Shown: piece by piece, positions 7,632 through 7,650 of the stretch | Layout: each line of letters opens with the position of its first letter | Position numbering within the stretch: the stretch's first letter is position 1 | Assembly: GCF_006345805.1 (NCBI RefSeq) | Contig: NW_021828688.1 | Coordinates: forward strand, 1 to 7,650 | Source of the DNA: Octopus sinensis | Taxonomy: Eukaryota | DNA: 7,650 bases | Direction of reading: 5' to 3' | The notes under the pieces: model-generated | What the model was told of the DNA's origin: nothing | Seen by the model: only the letters and a program-made list of their open reading frames with translations | The model's database searches: none | Translations under genes and position numbers: made by a program

Positions 7632-7650
7632 ACACACACACACACACACA
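7632..7650. repeat. (AC)n microsatellite running off the window end
   Basis: Read directly. Confidence 0.95.

Overview
Repeat-dense, AT-rich eukaryotic non-coding DNA (intronic or intergenic). It is most likely from an octopod cephalopod: an inference from the extreme microsatellite load and two tRNA-derived SINE families I recall from Octopus sequence, not from a search. No intact host gene is supported; the supplied ORFs are artefacts of microsatellites, SINEs or LINE relics. Contents: (i) large compound microsatellite fields; (ii) SINE family A as a head-only copy, A17 linker and full copy (712-1070); (iii) SINE family B three times (2021-2393 minus, 4845-5222 plus, 7396-7618 plus, 3' half only); (iv) a frameshifted R4/Dong-type restriction-like-endonuclease retrotransposon relic (~2770-3416); (v) a ~140-bp tandem repeat with a B-box-like motif (3423-3965); (vi) the 3' end of an L1/Tx1-type LINE (~4021-4844); (vii) a small unique island (6075-6245) where an inverted repeat encloses a G-quadruplex motif and overlaps a candidate micro-exon. 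I see no firm evidence of a new biological system. The best leads are the B-box satellite, the hairpin/G4 island, the core shared by the two SINE families, and the inverted SINE pair as a possible ADAR substrate.
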